From positions 1 through 64,000 of the forward strand of contig JALAGF010002407.1 in the NCBI GenBank assembly GCA_030167865.1: a stretch of 64,000 nt of DNA. The letters run 5' to 3'. Positions 11,683 through 23,631 of this stretch are shown here, one piece after another; positions within the stretch are counted from its first letter, which is position 1, and every line of letters starts with the position of its first letter. The translations under genes and the position numbers were made by a program. Source of the DNA: Craspedostauros australis. Taxonomy: Eukaryota. The notes under the pieces are model-generated. The model saw nothing but the letters and a program-made list of their open reading frames with translations. It was not told the origin of the DNA and searched no databases.

Positions 11683-13412
11683 ATGGCGGAAGAAACAGTG
11701 AACGTGAACCCCGACGGTAGCACCACGTTCGAGGGATCCGATGCGCCGCCCATGGGCGAGAATGCCGGAACTGAGGGAATGTTCAACGAGGAGACCGCGG
11801 AGGCTGTCGTCGAAGCCACCGATCCAGCGCTCTACCTTCTGTTTGCCGTGGTCCTCATCGGTTTCTTCTACTTCCTCTACTACCGCAAGAACAAGGAGAA
11901 CAATGAGGATGACTTCTTCACAAATCTCGATGGTGAAAAGGTGAATACTTTACTTTTCTTTACTTTTCCATGGTGCTTTTATAAAGATTGATGGTGCTTC
12001 ATTGTGCTGGATGGTCCTTCATTGTGCTACTCAGTGCGCCGCGGTGCCATTTCAGCGCGATTCAACGCGTGGCCCATTGGAGAATCGGAGCGATGGAGGG
12101 ATGCTGTGGACAATGGAGATGGATGAACGACTGAGTGCAACACCGTGGCAGTTGGGCTGATGTGCCATCGGTACCAGCATCATCGATGGCAGCAACAGCT
12201 ACTCCACAGTAATTCTACCACGATCACTGTCCAGATCCCACCAGGCCTCTCCTACAAGAGAATTTGCTACTCCCTTGCATCGGAATGGATCTCAATGTTG
12301 CCATCGCATGATGATGCCCTTTCATCATACTCCACTGCACCATACTCATCCCAACATCGTTTCTTTTTCGTTCCAACATATTTTCATCAAATTCCTCCTT
12401 TCCACACACACACACATAATCATTCGTTCGTCCATTCATTCACTCCGCAGTTCAACCTGACACTTCCAGCCGCTGTCCAAGAATACAACGACATCAAGAA
12501 GAAGTGCCTCGCGGCAGGATGGGAGGCCGGCAAGGTGAGTTGCTTGTGGTCTTGCAATTGGTGTTGCCGATCTTGCGCAATATCAATGTTGACTCTAGCT
12601 TCTGTTCGGTTTGGTTCAAGATATGATACACATGTCCTCATAGCAGATATCAAGAACGCAAGTGTGGTTTCACTGCCATACATTGAACGCGTCGATGTCA
12701 TCAGCATTCTCACCCAATCCCTCTCTGAATCGCCCATTGTGCATTCGCAATACTACGCAACTGTGCGGATTGCGTTGAATCTGAATTCATTGGTCTCATT
12801 CAATCGACGCGATTTTGAAACGACCAACTCATTCATCAATCCATCCATCCACACTACTACTCTTCGACTCCATCCACGCTGCTCCATCGAACACAGCCAC
12901 CAACTGACAAGGCAGCCGCAGGGCCACACCGTGTCATGGCCCAGGCCCTCATGAAGCGTTCCATCGCTGACATCCCGCTCGTCACGCACATACAGAAGGA
13001 ATCCGGCGGCATGAACAAGCTCTACGCCAACTCCATGTGCTCGGTCAAGCAATGGCAGTCCTACCAGGCGGCAGAGGCCATGATCTCGGCCGAGGTCGAG
13101 GAAGTGCGAGCGGAGGCCGACGAAATCGAACCAGGTTGGAGCCAGGTCATTTGGAGACAGGCGATGCAATATCACAACATGCTGAAACAGAAGCACGAGC
13201 AGGAGCAAAAGGCTGCGATGGAGGCAGCCGCCAAGCGAAAGGTCATCGAGGAGAAGGTTAATAGCATCAAGGCCGCCGAGCAGGCGGAGAAGGACAAGAT
13301 CACCAACGCCGAGAAGCTCGCCCAGGAACTCATCGAGCAAGAGGAACGCGAGAAGCAGAGCAAGAAGGCATTTTCGAGTGGCGGCAGCATGAAGAAGGGA
13401 TTCCTCAAATAA
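11683..13412 (+). CDS. Sec66/Sec71-like ER translocon-associated protein, ~285 aa; exons 11683-11940, 12451-12534, 12897-13412
   Basis: A single N-terminal TM helix (LYLLFAVVLIGFFYFLYY) is followed by ALMKRSIADI...WQSYQAAEAMISAEVEEVRAEADEIEPGWSQVIWRQA, which matches the Sec66 pattern. Two phase-0 introns. Confidence 0.8.
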
Positions 13413-14237
13413 AACGCAACAAGAACACAGAAGGAGTGCATATTATACTTCAGTACTCTAAACCGATAGCCAACGCAGCAGCATAGATGAAGTTCAGCAC
13501 AAGTGACCGTGTGTATGATGTTGTTCGAGTCCAAGCGCACTTGATGCCTCGTTGCATGACAGGATCGACGTCATCGAATCAAACTAATCTTCGAATACTC
13601 CCAAGCATCCAAAGATGGAGCAGCAAGAATCATGGAATACTATTCTGGTCGACTCGGCTTAAACATGGTGTTACTGATGTCAGGGATAGGTTCTTTTTGA
13701 TAATATTGTGCGTATTGTATTATTGAGATCATCTCTTGCATCGTTTCCGTCAGAGCAAGTGTGTTTTCATCTTTGGTACCTTAGCGCACCACTTCTCAAA
13801 ATGAACCATGCGTGTGATCGCACAAGGAAAGATGCAATAGAACTCTCCTCGGACATCGTGCCTTCCTGCCTTCGGACCGGCAAGTGATCCCATGCCTCGT
13901 CTCGCTCTCTGTCTTGATATCTCTGAGCTTGCCATCGTGGAATCACGTTCACGCACATACATATTTTATCGGCACCAACCAAGTTGTTGTTGCCAACTCA
14001 GCAGAGTCGTTGCTTCTTGTTGGTTTTGTCGCACTGTGCATTGGGTATCCAACGCCAACCCAGTCCTTTCCGTCCCAAGTGGACGGAAGGAGACAGCCCA
14101 CGACGGCTTCTCCTTTTTCATGTGCTCGCGAGTTCTGTGCCCGCATCCGTTCTGTTGCATGGCACAGCATCGAGAGCTTTCGTGTTGCAATGATTCACCA
14201 ATTCCAAAAGACTATGCATGCATGCAGTCATGCCGCC

Positions 14238-15247
14238 TTAGAAGGTCAATGGGCTGCCCTCCTTAAAGTCTTCTGGGTGTGCCTCGGGGTGCTCATCGAT
14301 CTGCTCGACCATGGTGGCGAGCGATCCCTTCGACAGCTTGCGCACGAGCTTCTTGACCTCGTCGTCGTCATCCTCGCTGAACTGACGCTCCTTGTCGCCG
14401 GAGAGGAGCTCCTTCCATGCGTGGTTGCATTCCTCGATGAGGGTGTCGGCGTACTTCTTGTCCATGAACTTCTCTCCCAATCCAAAGACATTTGGTGGCT
14501 TGCCGTCTGGGATCTTGTAGGTGCGGAACCACTCGCGGATGGCATCGAGCATGCCTGGCATCTGCTCCTCGACGTCGTTGATGTCGTTGAGGAATGGGGC
14601 CCACTTGTCCTCACAGTCGATGGTGACGACCTTCCAGTCGGCTTCGCCTTCATCGATCATGCAGAGCACACCAAGGACCTTGACTGGTCGGATGGCCTGT
14701 TGTCATCGATGTCGGTGATGCGGGTGGCGTGATTGTATTGCATTGTTTTTGTGGATCAGGAATTTGAAAGAGTCCATACATTGACGGTGAAACGAGTGCG
14801 ATTGTGAGTTATTGTGTTGCACATAGGGTGAACAGCTTCCAACCAATTATCATGGCACATGTTCTTCAGCAACAGCAATTGCAGAGAGCAACTGAGTACA
14901 AGAGCACCAGTAGTTTGACTTACACCGACTGGGATGATACGGGCACCAATCTCGCAGACATCCAACGGATCGTTGTCTCCGCGGCAGCCTTCGGCATCCG
15001 GGTGGATGAAGGTTGGGTCTTCCCATGTTTGTGGCAAACATCCGTAGTTGAAGAAGATGTCACCCTTCTTGAACTACGCAATTATAAGTGTGCATATGTG
15101 TATTCGTGTCGAAGCGTGGAGCAAGAGTTGGGATGGTGCAAGGAGAAGTGATAGGTGTTGTGTGAGCGGACGAAAGCGAAATTGGAAGAAAAAGGTGACG
15201 ATCGCATGGACACTCCCAGTACGAGCCTGAGTCTGTGCCAACGTGCG

Positions 15248-15318
<71 letters not shown>

Positions 15319-15849
15319 AAGCGCGACGTACCTCACGAAGCTTTCCCTTCTTCTCGTCCTGCTTGATTGGTGTGAAATCTTCAGTTGTGGCAATTTCCAT
15401 CTTTTTTCTGCGTCGATCAGTGATTCAGTGGGGTTGTTCGTCCGGGGCAAGCATGTGGTCATGATGGATGTGGTGAAGAGGGCAGAAAAGATGAGTGAGG
15501 CGAAGGTGAGTGCGATTGCGTGCGATGGCGATTGATGGAGAGGAGTAAGCCTGCTTGCTGTTCTTGTATGCTTGCCGCGATGCGCTTACCTGGTGAACTT
15601 TGGAATCTCGTTGATGTAGTTGAGGTATGGCGTGGTCTCACCACTCTTTGGGTCGATGTGGGTGAGGTTGACATCGTGCCACAGGGAGATGACCTTGCCC
15701 TCGGTGGCGTGCTTGGCATGGATTCTGTAATCCAAGGTGTCCTCGTCCCCTGCGTGATGCAAGTCGATGTCCTTGTTGGAGCCGAGGGAGTTGGTGCGGC
15801 TGAGGGGCTTCATCTCGTCGCCCTTGATCGGAACAAGTGTCTCCTGCAT
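14238..15849 (-). CDS. Soluble inorganic pyrophosphatase (family I), ~314 aa; exons 15849-15590, 15407-15332, 15073-14924, 14696-14238
   Basis: [57 protein letters not shown] and [12 protein letters not shown]. Three introns keep the frame. Confidence 0.95.
15251..15317. repeat. (GT)~33 microsatellite in pyrophosphatase intron 2
   Basis: Perfect gtgtgt run. Confidence 0.97.
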
Positions 15850-16560
15850 TGTGTGATAGAGTAGTTGTAGAAGTGTACGGTAAGGTGAGGTGTGGAGTAT
15901 TGCACGAGCAGGGATATCGATCGGCTTGGTATGCTAATCAATTCTCGGTCTTCGATTGTGGAATGTTTTGGAATTTGTGTCTATTTGCACTGACAGAGGT
16001 TTTCGATGAACAAATGTACTCTTGCGTTGGGTGTGTTGTGCGGTGTCGAGGGAGCCGTTGTTGTGTTGTTGTTTGTGACCGAGTGTGTGTCGCCAGTGTC
16101 GCCAATGTCGATGTCATCATAGTTGTCATTTCAACCGTGTGCACAGCTGGCAATGTCGTGTGCTGGTGTGTCGTGGTCCTCTCTGTGTGCTCTGTGGTTG
16201 GTGGAACGAGTGACGACACTGTTTTGTGGGAAAAAGTGGTGGCCAAACCACGTCGCGGATTTGTTCGATGACGTGGTCAACCTCGTCGACCAATGGATTC
16301 GCAGCGAGATTCGTTCCAAAAAATGCGAACTAGCTTCGCTACAGCACACGATTTCCGTGAAAAAATGCGAACGACCAACTCTGGACGGAACACGATCGAC
16401 GACGTGTGCGCGATGTCAGATTCTGCCACCTCTCCATCCAATCCACCCATCGCATCGTCACATCTTTGGATGCTCTCACCATCCCCATCACCTCCCACCT
16501 CTCATCTCTTCCTCATCCATAGTCGACATCGACAACATCGTCGACATCGCCTCTTCGTTC

Positions 16561-17880
16561 ATGATGATGCCGCAGGCGCAAAGAGGAGAGAATAACCACG
16601 ACAAGCAACAGCGTCAACCCAAGCCACAGCCGCTCCTTCGGCTCCCATCTTCAAAGCCGGTGGTCTCCCTCGCCTTCCTCACCGAATCTGAGACATCATC
16701 CTCGACAACAACTCCATCGACAACAGCATCATCGATAGAGGCAGGAGGACAGAACTCAGAAGCAAACGCAGACAACGATCTCGACAGTGACGGCAACCAT
16801 CAGGCTCATGAAAATGTCCAAGCAGCCATCAGCGATGTCAAATATGACAGCGACGACAGTGATGATGATGATGACGATGACATGACATTCCGATGTGCGC
16901 AGACAGTGCCGCAGCACCAACATTTCAACCAAAGCACGAACACACAGCCTGCGACGAACGACAACATTGTATCAAGCCCATTGCGGACATCAACCAACAT
17001 ATCGTCCTTCCGATCCATCCCGCTCTTGCTTGCCTGCCATCAGGATGGGACCCTGCAATTGTGGAACGTCCAACAGCAGAAACGGATCACCTTCGCAAAC
17101 ATGAACATCGAGCGTGCAGCACAAGGACTGTGCGTCCGCAGGACGTCCACGTCGCATCAATTCCTATACCAAACGCGTGACGGCGTCGTTTCCATCCACT
17201 CCGCAAGCGACGGACAATACACGACAATCCGGACGTACCACACCCACGCGCGCACCTTCTGCCAGGCATCGCCGTGTTGCAACGATCCGCAATTGTTTGC
17301 GCTGCCGCATTCCAACGAACATGCTGCGGCCATTGTCGATTTGCGAAGTCAACCTCCCGTCGCGATTTTGGAGCACGATAAGCGCTACGGCATGTTGACC
17401 AGTTTGGCAATGTCACATAAGAACGAACACATCGTCGCTTGCGGCATGGAGAATGGGACCGTCGTGTATCACGACCGCCGGCGACAACGATCCGAATGCT
17501 CCATTTCTGAAACTCCCGTTCTGGCGTTGGATTTGCAGTATCCGCATTGCGTCGCTGCCACAGCAGATACAGTTGCCATTCTCAAGCGTGATCAATGCAC
17601 CTTCCGCACCAGCGCTGCTGGTAGTTCCATTTGTCGCTTCCGCGGACGATTGTTTGCCGTGGGTGGTTGGGATCATCGTGTCCGAATTTTCAATTGCGCC
17701 AACCGAGGACTGCTGATGGCCTTGCTCAAGGATCCCACAGCCATCACGCCAGCATCAACCGCATCGCAATCCGTCACAGCGCTGGATTGGTCGCCGGATG
17801 CACGCGAAACTGGATTATTGGCGACAGCATCGACCAACGCAAACGACATCTTGATTTGGAGTTGTTTTCCAAAGCAATAG
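16561..17880 (+). CDS. WD40-repeat protein, GNB1L/ASA1-like, with an acidic low-complexity insertion; start codon uncertain
   Basis: DGTLQLWN, YQTRDG, TFCQ, YGMLTSL, CGMENG, PVLALD, LFAVGGWDHRVRIF and VTALDWS. Confidence 0.7.
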   Translation: MMMPQAQRGENNHDKQQRQPKPQPLLRLPSSKPVVSLAFLTESETSSSTTTPSTTASSIEAGGQNSEANADNDLDSDGNHQAHENVQAAISDVKYDSDDSDDDDDDDMTFRCAQTVPQHQHFNQSTNTQPATNDNIVSSPLRTSTNISSFRSIPLLLACHQDGTLQLWNVQQQKRITFANMNIERAAQGLCVRRTSTSHQFLYQTRDGVVSIHSASDGQYTTIRTYHTHARTFCQASPCCNDPQLFALPHSNEHAAAIVDLRSQPPVAILEHDKRYGMLTSLAMSHKNEHIVACGMENGTVVYHDRRRQRSECSISETPVLALDLQYPHCVAATADTVAILKRDQCTFRTSAAGSSICRFRGRLFAVGGWDHRVRIFNCANRGLLMALLKDPTAITPASTASQSVTALDWSPDARETGLLATASTNANDILIWSCFPKQ

Positions 17881-18013
17881 AGAATAATACTCTGGAGAGT
17901 GAGTAGAATAGAGTGCTCCACAGAACTCTGCATACCAAGTGGAATAATTTGTACAGAAGCGCGCTAAAGAATCTTGTTTCACTAGACCTAGTTGTTGCAT
18001 TGTTCTATACTAT

Positions 18014-20446
18014 TTACAAACGATATCCCTGACAGAATTCATTCACATTACTCTCCCCATCATCGAGGGTATCGTACATGCGACCGTTGAGAGCGTACTG
18101 GACGGTCATGAGGAGAGCCGACAGGAGAATGACACCGCCGACGGAGTACGCGATGATGGAATTGCGTTCAAAGTTCGCACCACCCGCCCTCGACTTCTTG
18201 GCGCGCGACATGATGCTCGTACCGACCAGGCTGGCGAAGAATCCCATGAACAGGCACACGGTGCCGTAATCCCACAGGAGCAAGCCGAAGATGGCGAATG
18301 AGCTCGCGGATAGGGCACCCGAGAAGAAAACCATGGTGGACGTGGTCGCTGACACGACGGCCGGGTGCACTCCCATCGCCAGCATCACCGGCACCGTGAT
18401 CAGTCCCCCGCCAATTCCGAAGCAGCCGGCGGAGATGCCCGCACCGATGAAGAAGGATGGGTAGATGACAGCATTGCGGGGTTCCCACTTGATGTCGCCC
18501 TGCACGTAGTCGTAGTTCACGATCTCCTTGATCTCGTGGCGGTTGATGAGGTAAGTCTGGGCCGCCCAGGCGGACGCGATGAGGAACGCGATCATGATGA
18601 TGTGGACGACCCAAAATGCCACGCTACCGCATTCGATGCCCCAGGAGCTCTTGTGATCCTCGTCGCCTCCGCCCAGCTTGATGTTCAGGAACATGAGGAC
18701 GGAGAACTTGCAGAACAGCACGATGATCTTGCTGCGCGGGGTCGCCTTCTCCTGCTCCATCAGGTCCGACCGCAGCGTGACGAAGTCGGGGTTCAAAATC
18801 AGGATGCGCTGCTTCTCATCGCCATCGATTCTGGAGGCCGTGGGAGAGATGGTCTTGATCGTCTTGCTTTCCAGCGACATGGTCCTCGTCATGTGGATGG
18901 AATCGGGGTACCTGTACTCCGTGGCCGTGCCACCGCCCACCGTCCCGCCCGGCATCGCCTCGTTGCTCCAGCCCGACGTGCGGAAGGTCGTCTTGAAGGA
19001 GCACATGCGCATGATGGCATCCTGCCGGATTGCCCGAAGGTGCTGGATGTATCGCTCCTCAGCCTCGTGCATGCGCTTGGCCTTGGCCAGCGTTGTGTGC
19101 GCGCTGACGCTGAGAAAGAGTACCAGCAGGACGATGAGGAACTGCTCCCCGATCATCCTGTGGAACACACCGCCGATGAGCACGCCAACGAGAACCAGCG
19201 GCTCCATCACGAGGATCAGATCCCAGTCAATCAACGGCCTGTCGGCAAGCGGATGGCGCCTCTTGAGATTGATTAAAAGGCCGGCCAACGAGCCACCGAA
19301 GACTGTCGCGGAACCAAGCGGAATGGCGAATCTGGGCGGCAGGTTCATAGCAATGATGTAGACGGGTACCACGATCCCGCCACCACCAATACCGCTCGCT
19401 GCTCCCAATGTGACACCGAGAGAGGCGAGCATGAAGCCGATGATATCGTGAGAATCCAAAGGAAAGAGCTTGGGGAGTTGGCTCTCCGTTTCAATGTACT
19501 TGTAAAAGTCATCGTCGCACTCCGGGTCGCAGTATCCGTAGACGACGTTATCCTCGGAAATTTCACCGCTCGAGTGACTGTCCTTGCTGTCATCGCTCGA
19601 CCGCAATCGGCGAATCTTCTGCGGATCGCTCCTCCTGCGACGCATGACGACGGTTCTGTACTTCTCTTCTCTCGTTACTTGCGTGATTCCCATCACGGAA
19701 TCAACCACCTGCTCCATGTAGTCTCTGCAAACCTCGAACACACCTTGCAGTGTACTTGTATCATGCAACGTCGCTTCATTCTCCGAACGAATTACCCGTT
19801 CGGGTTCGACATTCGAAGTGGATTGCTTGCTTTGGTCCACCGGACTCTCCTGATCAATACGAATGCTGCTGGAGTCTGAGTCTATCTGGAGTTCCTCTTC
19901 TTCGCCAACGTCGGTGGCAAGAGATCTAAACTCAAGTTGGTGGAATCTGAGTTGTTGTTTCGTCGCCTGCTCATGCTCATCCATGTTCTGCTGCTGTTGC
20001 TTCTTCTGCTTCACTGAATCTGATGGTCGCGATGGCATTGCCATTGCCATTGGTATTGGCGTGGACATTGACAACGACGCAGAGTCCGTTGCTGGCGTAA
20101 TCGGTGGGTCACCTGATGCTGCGTTGGTATCATTGTGGACGACTTCGGACTGAACATGATGGATCCTGCAGTGTGCGCAGATGAGGAGAAGGAGCGCGTT
20201 CCTCCAACCCCATTTGAGACGCTTCTGTAGCGACCGCGGTGCGCACGAGCGTGTGCTTGTATTCGCCTCCGCACCAGCACCAATGCTGTCAGTCATACTC
20301 ATAGTGACGAAAGATTCGTCAATCTGCTGCTGTTGTTGCTGTGAAATAGGAGCAGCATCCTTCGAGCCACCCTCTCTCTCCATTCCTTCCTGCGAATTGA
20401 GGTAATAGTCTTCCGCAGCATCTTGCGCATGTTCGATGTGGTCCAT
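18014..20446 (-). CDS. TauE/SafE (sulfite exporter, 4-toluene sulfonate uptake) family membrane protein with a long N-terminal extension
   Basis: GAASGIGGGGIVVP, RHPLADRPLIDWDL and AGCFGIGGGLITVPVMLAMGVHPAVVSATTS; two repeated TM halves; intronless. Confidence 0.9.
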   Translation of the reverse strand: MDHIEHAQDAAEDYYLNSQEGMEREGGSKDAAPISQQQQQQIDESFVTMSMTDSIGAGAEANTSTRSCAPRSLQKRLKWGWRNALLLLICAHCRIHHVQSEVVHNDTNAASGDPPITPATDSASLSMSTPIPMAMAMPSRPSDSVKQKKQQQQNMDEHEQATKQQLRFHQLEFRSLATDVGEEEELQIDSDSSSIRIDQESPVDQSKQSTSNVEPERVIRSENEATLHDTSTLQGVFEVCRDYMEQVVDSVMGITQVTREEKYRTVVMRRRRSDPQKIRRLRSSDDSKDSHSSGEISEDNVVYGYCDPECDDDFYKYIETESQLPKLFPLDSHDIIGFMLASLGVTLGAASGIGGGGIVVPVYIIAMNLPPRFAIPLGSATVFGGSLAGLLINLKRRHPLADRPLIDWDLILVMEPLVLVGVLIGGVFHRMIGEQFLIVLLVLFLSVSAHTTLAKAKRMHEAEERYIQHLRAIRQDAIMRMCSFKTTFRTSGWSNEAMPGGTVGGGTATEYRYPDSIHMTRTMSLESKTIKTISPTASRIDGDEKQRILILNPDFVTLRSDLMEQEKATPRSKIIVLFCKFSVLMFLNIKLGGGDEDHKSSWGIECGSVAFWVVHIIMIAFLIASAWAAQTYLINRHEIKEIVNYDYVQGDIKWEPRNAVIYPSFFIGAGISAGCFGIGGGLITVPVMLAMGVHPAVVSATTSTMVFFSGALSASSFAIFGLLLWDYGTVCLFMGFFASLVGTSIMSRAKKSRAGGANFERNSIIAYSVGGVILLSALLMTVQYALNGRMYDTLDDGESNVNEFCQGYRL

Positions 20447-21301
20447 CTTTGGTTGTTTCCAAGACGACGTGAGGATAGACGCCAAGGTGGAACCTCGCTG
20501 ATGCTGCCCAATCACCGACAGTCAAGCGCCACGATAGTTCCCGAGGACTGCGGAATTCGAACACACTCAACAAGCAAGCGCAGCGCCAATGAAGCAAGAC
20601 TGTCTGGTGGTTCTTCACTTGTTGGAGTCTTGCGAAGGTGAGGTGCTGTGATGTGCCCCAGCTGATGTCGTCTCACTGATGACAGTACGTGCGAAATGTG
20701 TTCCTTTCTTTGTCTCGATCTTTGACCGTTGCGCGTCCTGAAGTACGAAGTTGCCACAGGCTTCGTCAGCGTCGTGGAGTATCGCAGAAGAGCGCAGTTG
20801 GCCGTGAAATAAAGGATTGCGCCTCAATGGTGATGATGCAGGGATGAGCTGAGAGCGGCAGTTTGTATCATGCCGCACGAGCACGCAACGAATTATGCAC
20901 GACTATGCCGCAGAAACATGAACGAATGATGCCGTGCTGATCATTTGGCTTCTCCCGCGCCAACAACAATGTCGGCAGTTCGTCATTCCGTTTCTCTGCA
21001 TTGGTCTGCGTCTGCTCCTTTTCGTTCCTCCCAACATCTGTCGCGTTGGCTCAGCGCGCGTGGCCACGGGAGTCTTGCTTGCTCGGAAGACGATTTTGAA
21101 TGCATGAACAACAACGGAAAGCCAAGAATCAAATGTCCGATGCACGTTGAGAAACGTTATAGACACATGACGGAACAGTTTGCGCGCCATTTCGGGTAGG
21201 AGCAGTCGGATGAATCGTGTACAAAGAGAATTTGGCCTTCGTCGGTTGGAAGCAACATCCACAGCTTTCCAGCTCATTCCTCAACACGACGCGGCACGGC
21301 A

Positions 21302-21331
21302 GTTGGTTTGGTTTGGTTTGGTTTGGTTTGT
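21302..21331. repeat. (GTTTG)n pentanucleotide repeat
   Basis: gttggtttggtttggtttggtttggtttg in the TauE/MAPR divergent intergenic region. Confidence 0.85.
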
Positions 21332-21554
21332 TCATCCCTCATCGTCGTCAGATTTGACACCACATCCACCTTCGTATCCGCCTTCACCTTCATCCCCGCA
21401 ACTACAAGGTTCAAACAGCAACGACGTGAAGAGGAAAGGAGAGTGGGCAGAGCTGCATTGACACCCAGCTAACTTTCGTTGTCTCCACTCGTACGGCACA
21501 ACACTACACGACAGTACCAAGACTTCGCTACGCGACTCCATCCAAGCTTGAAAG

Positions 21555-22846
21555 ATGGTGCTGGAAACAGTCAAGGAGCTCATCGCTGCCTTTGACGATG
21601 CCACAGGCGTCCCAGGATGCTTCGGTGTGAGTAAGGTATTCATGGCGAATGAGGCATTGACTGATCCTGCAACGGTGTTTTGCCAATGCTGTCGTTGTCG
21701 TTGTCGATATTGGTGTTGGTGTTGGTGTTGTTATTGCGTTGTGTCACAGCCATCATGTCTCACGCGTCTCTGCCTTCACTTCCTGGACGTTCGGTTCATG
21801 CCACCATCTTTGTCTCCGTCCCTCTTTCCCATGCCCACATGTGACAACAATACTCACCGCACGTGATCTCCATCCAACAGTACATCGTCATCGCGTGGCT
21901 CGTCGTGCTGGGCCACTACATTGTGAACTCGGGTTCGTCCACCTCAAAGAACGAGCCTAACGACTCAACTGTCGAGAAAGAAGAGGAAGAGGAGCCACAG
22001 CGAAATTTCACCTTTGCGCAGCTGAAGGAGTTCGATGGAACGAACGATGAAAAGACAGGAGAGCCGAAGCCGGTCTACCTTTCCCTCGATGGGTGAGTTT
22101 TGCGAGTGCGCGTGTTGTTGCTGTTGCTGAAAGATGTATGCATGCATGTTGACATATCTTCTTGCCTTTCTCACATTTCGCGATGCATGGTCGCAACCTT
22201 CGAACGATGACGGTGACGAAAAAACGAAACTGACATTCACGCGAACGACAGAGCTGTGTTTGATGTTTCGGGAGGACGCAACTTCTACGGGCCAGGCGGT
22301 CCCTACGAAAACTTCGCTGGCCATGAGTGCGGAGTGGCGCTTGCGAAGATGAGTCTGGATACAGAGCACTTGGATGATCTGGAGGGATGCAGCAAACTCA
22401 ACTTTGGCGAGAAGACCGAGCTGGAGTCATGGGTCCAGAAGTTCACCTACTTCCGCGGGTACCCCGTCAAGGGAAGATTGGTTCCAGACACCGTGCTGGA
22501 CAAACTGAAGGACCGCAAGTTGACGAAGGCGGACATTGCCAGCTTCAACGGTCGTGGCGATGAGGTTCCAGAGGGATACGGCACGGCTCCGATCTACCTG
22601 GGCGCCAGCGGCAAGGTGTACGACGTCTCCTTCGGAGGTATGACCTTCTACGGCAAGGACGGCGGATACAACCGATTCGCTGGACTGGACGCATCGCGAG
22701 CGTTGGCCAAGATGAGCTTCGATCCGGAGGATGCTGCAAGCTCAAATGTCGATGATTTGGACGACAAAGAGAAGAAGGTTCTCGCTGACTGGATCAAGAC
22801 CTTCGAGCAGCGCAAGAAGTACCCAATCGTCGGTGTTCTGGAGTAG
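21555..22846 (+). CDS. MAPR-family protein (cytochrome b5-like heme/steroid-binding) with one TM anchor and two tandem domains, ~292 aa; exons 21555-21626, 21881-22092, 22252-22846
   Basis: Domain 1: FTFAQLKEFDG...VYLSLDG|AVFDVSGGRNFYGPGGPYENFAG...YPVKG. Domain 2: LTKADIASFNG...IYLGASGKVYDVSFGGMTFYGKDGGYNRFAGLDASRALAKMS...KYPIVG. Confidence 0.92.
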
Positions 22847-23631
22847 AGCAGAGCAGCGCAGAATGAAATTGAGCGGAACGGAATGGAATGGAGTACGATC
22901 ATACTGGAAATGCGTTGGCCAACAGTCATGCAAGCACTCTGCAGAAGTAGATACACAGGTCGTGCGGGTACGGTTCGTGTGCGATAATGACCGTATGAAT
23001 AATTCCGTCATCGATTGAATGATCTCATCGTTCCTGCATATCCATCAAAGCCTACTCCCCAGCAACCGCGAGCTCCACTCTGCACTGCCACTCGTAGCAT
23101 CAGCTGCTTCTTGTTGATACTCACTGGTACTTGCAGAGTGTTTGTTTTCGGGTTCTGGAAGAGATGTCAACATGTCCGGCTGCGTTCTCATTTCTGACCA
23201 GAATCAGTTCCCGGTTCCTTTGGGCGATTCCGACATCGAAGCTTTCCCACTGTTTTCCCTTGATCAGGGTTGCACACACACAAAACTGATGCACTGTTGC
23301 GCGTCTGTGTGCGTCTGTGTGCGTCTGCTACATCACATCACGAAGTGAACAGAACAAAGATCGGAGATCGAACACCAAGAGGCAAGTTGTGCGCCTCCTC
23401 GCCCAGCCCAACGATGATGATGCGCTTCTGCCATAAATCCTTTGCTCTCTGCTTCCCTTTCCCATTCTTGCAGCATCGACGTTCACGGACCATTGTGCTT
23501 GAGGAGCTCTCAACTACTGTATTTGACCTATTGGCGACAGCGAAGTACACCGACATCCGTAGTCGTACCAGTACAGTGCTTGCAGGCAGAACAGAGGCAT
23601 TGCATAATACAGGAGAAGTGACAGATAGAAC

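Noticed and set aside
15060-15535. HTHTHT and CVCVCV ORFs
   Set aside because: Translations of the intronic (GT)n microsatellite.
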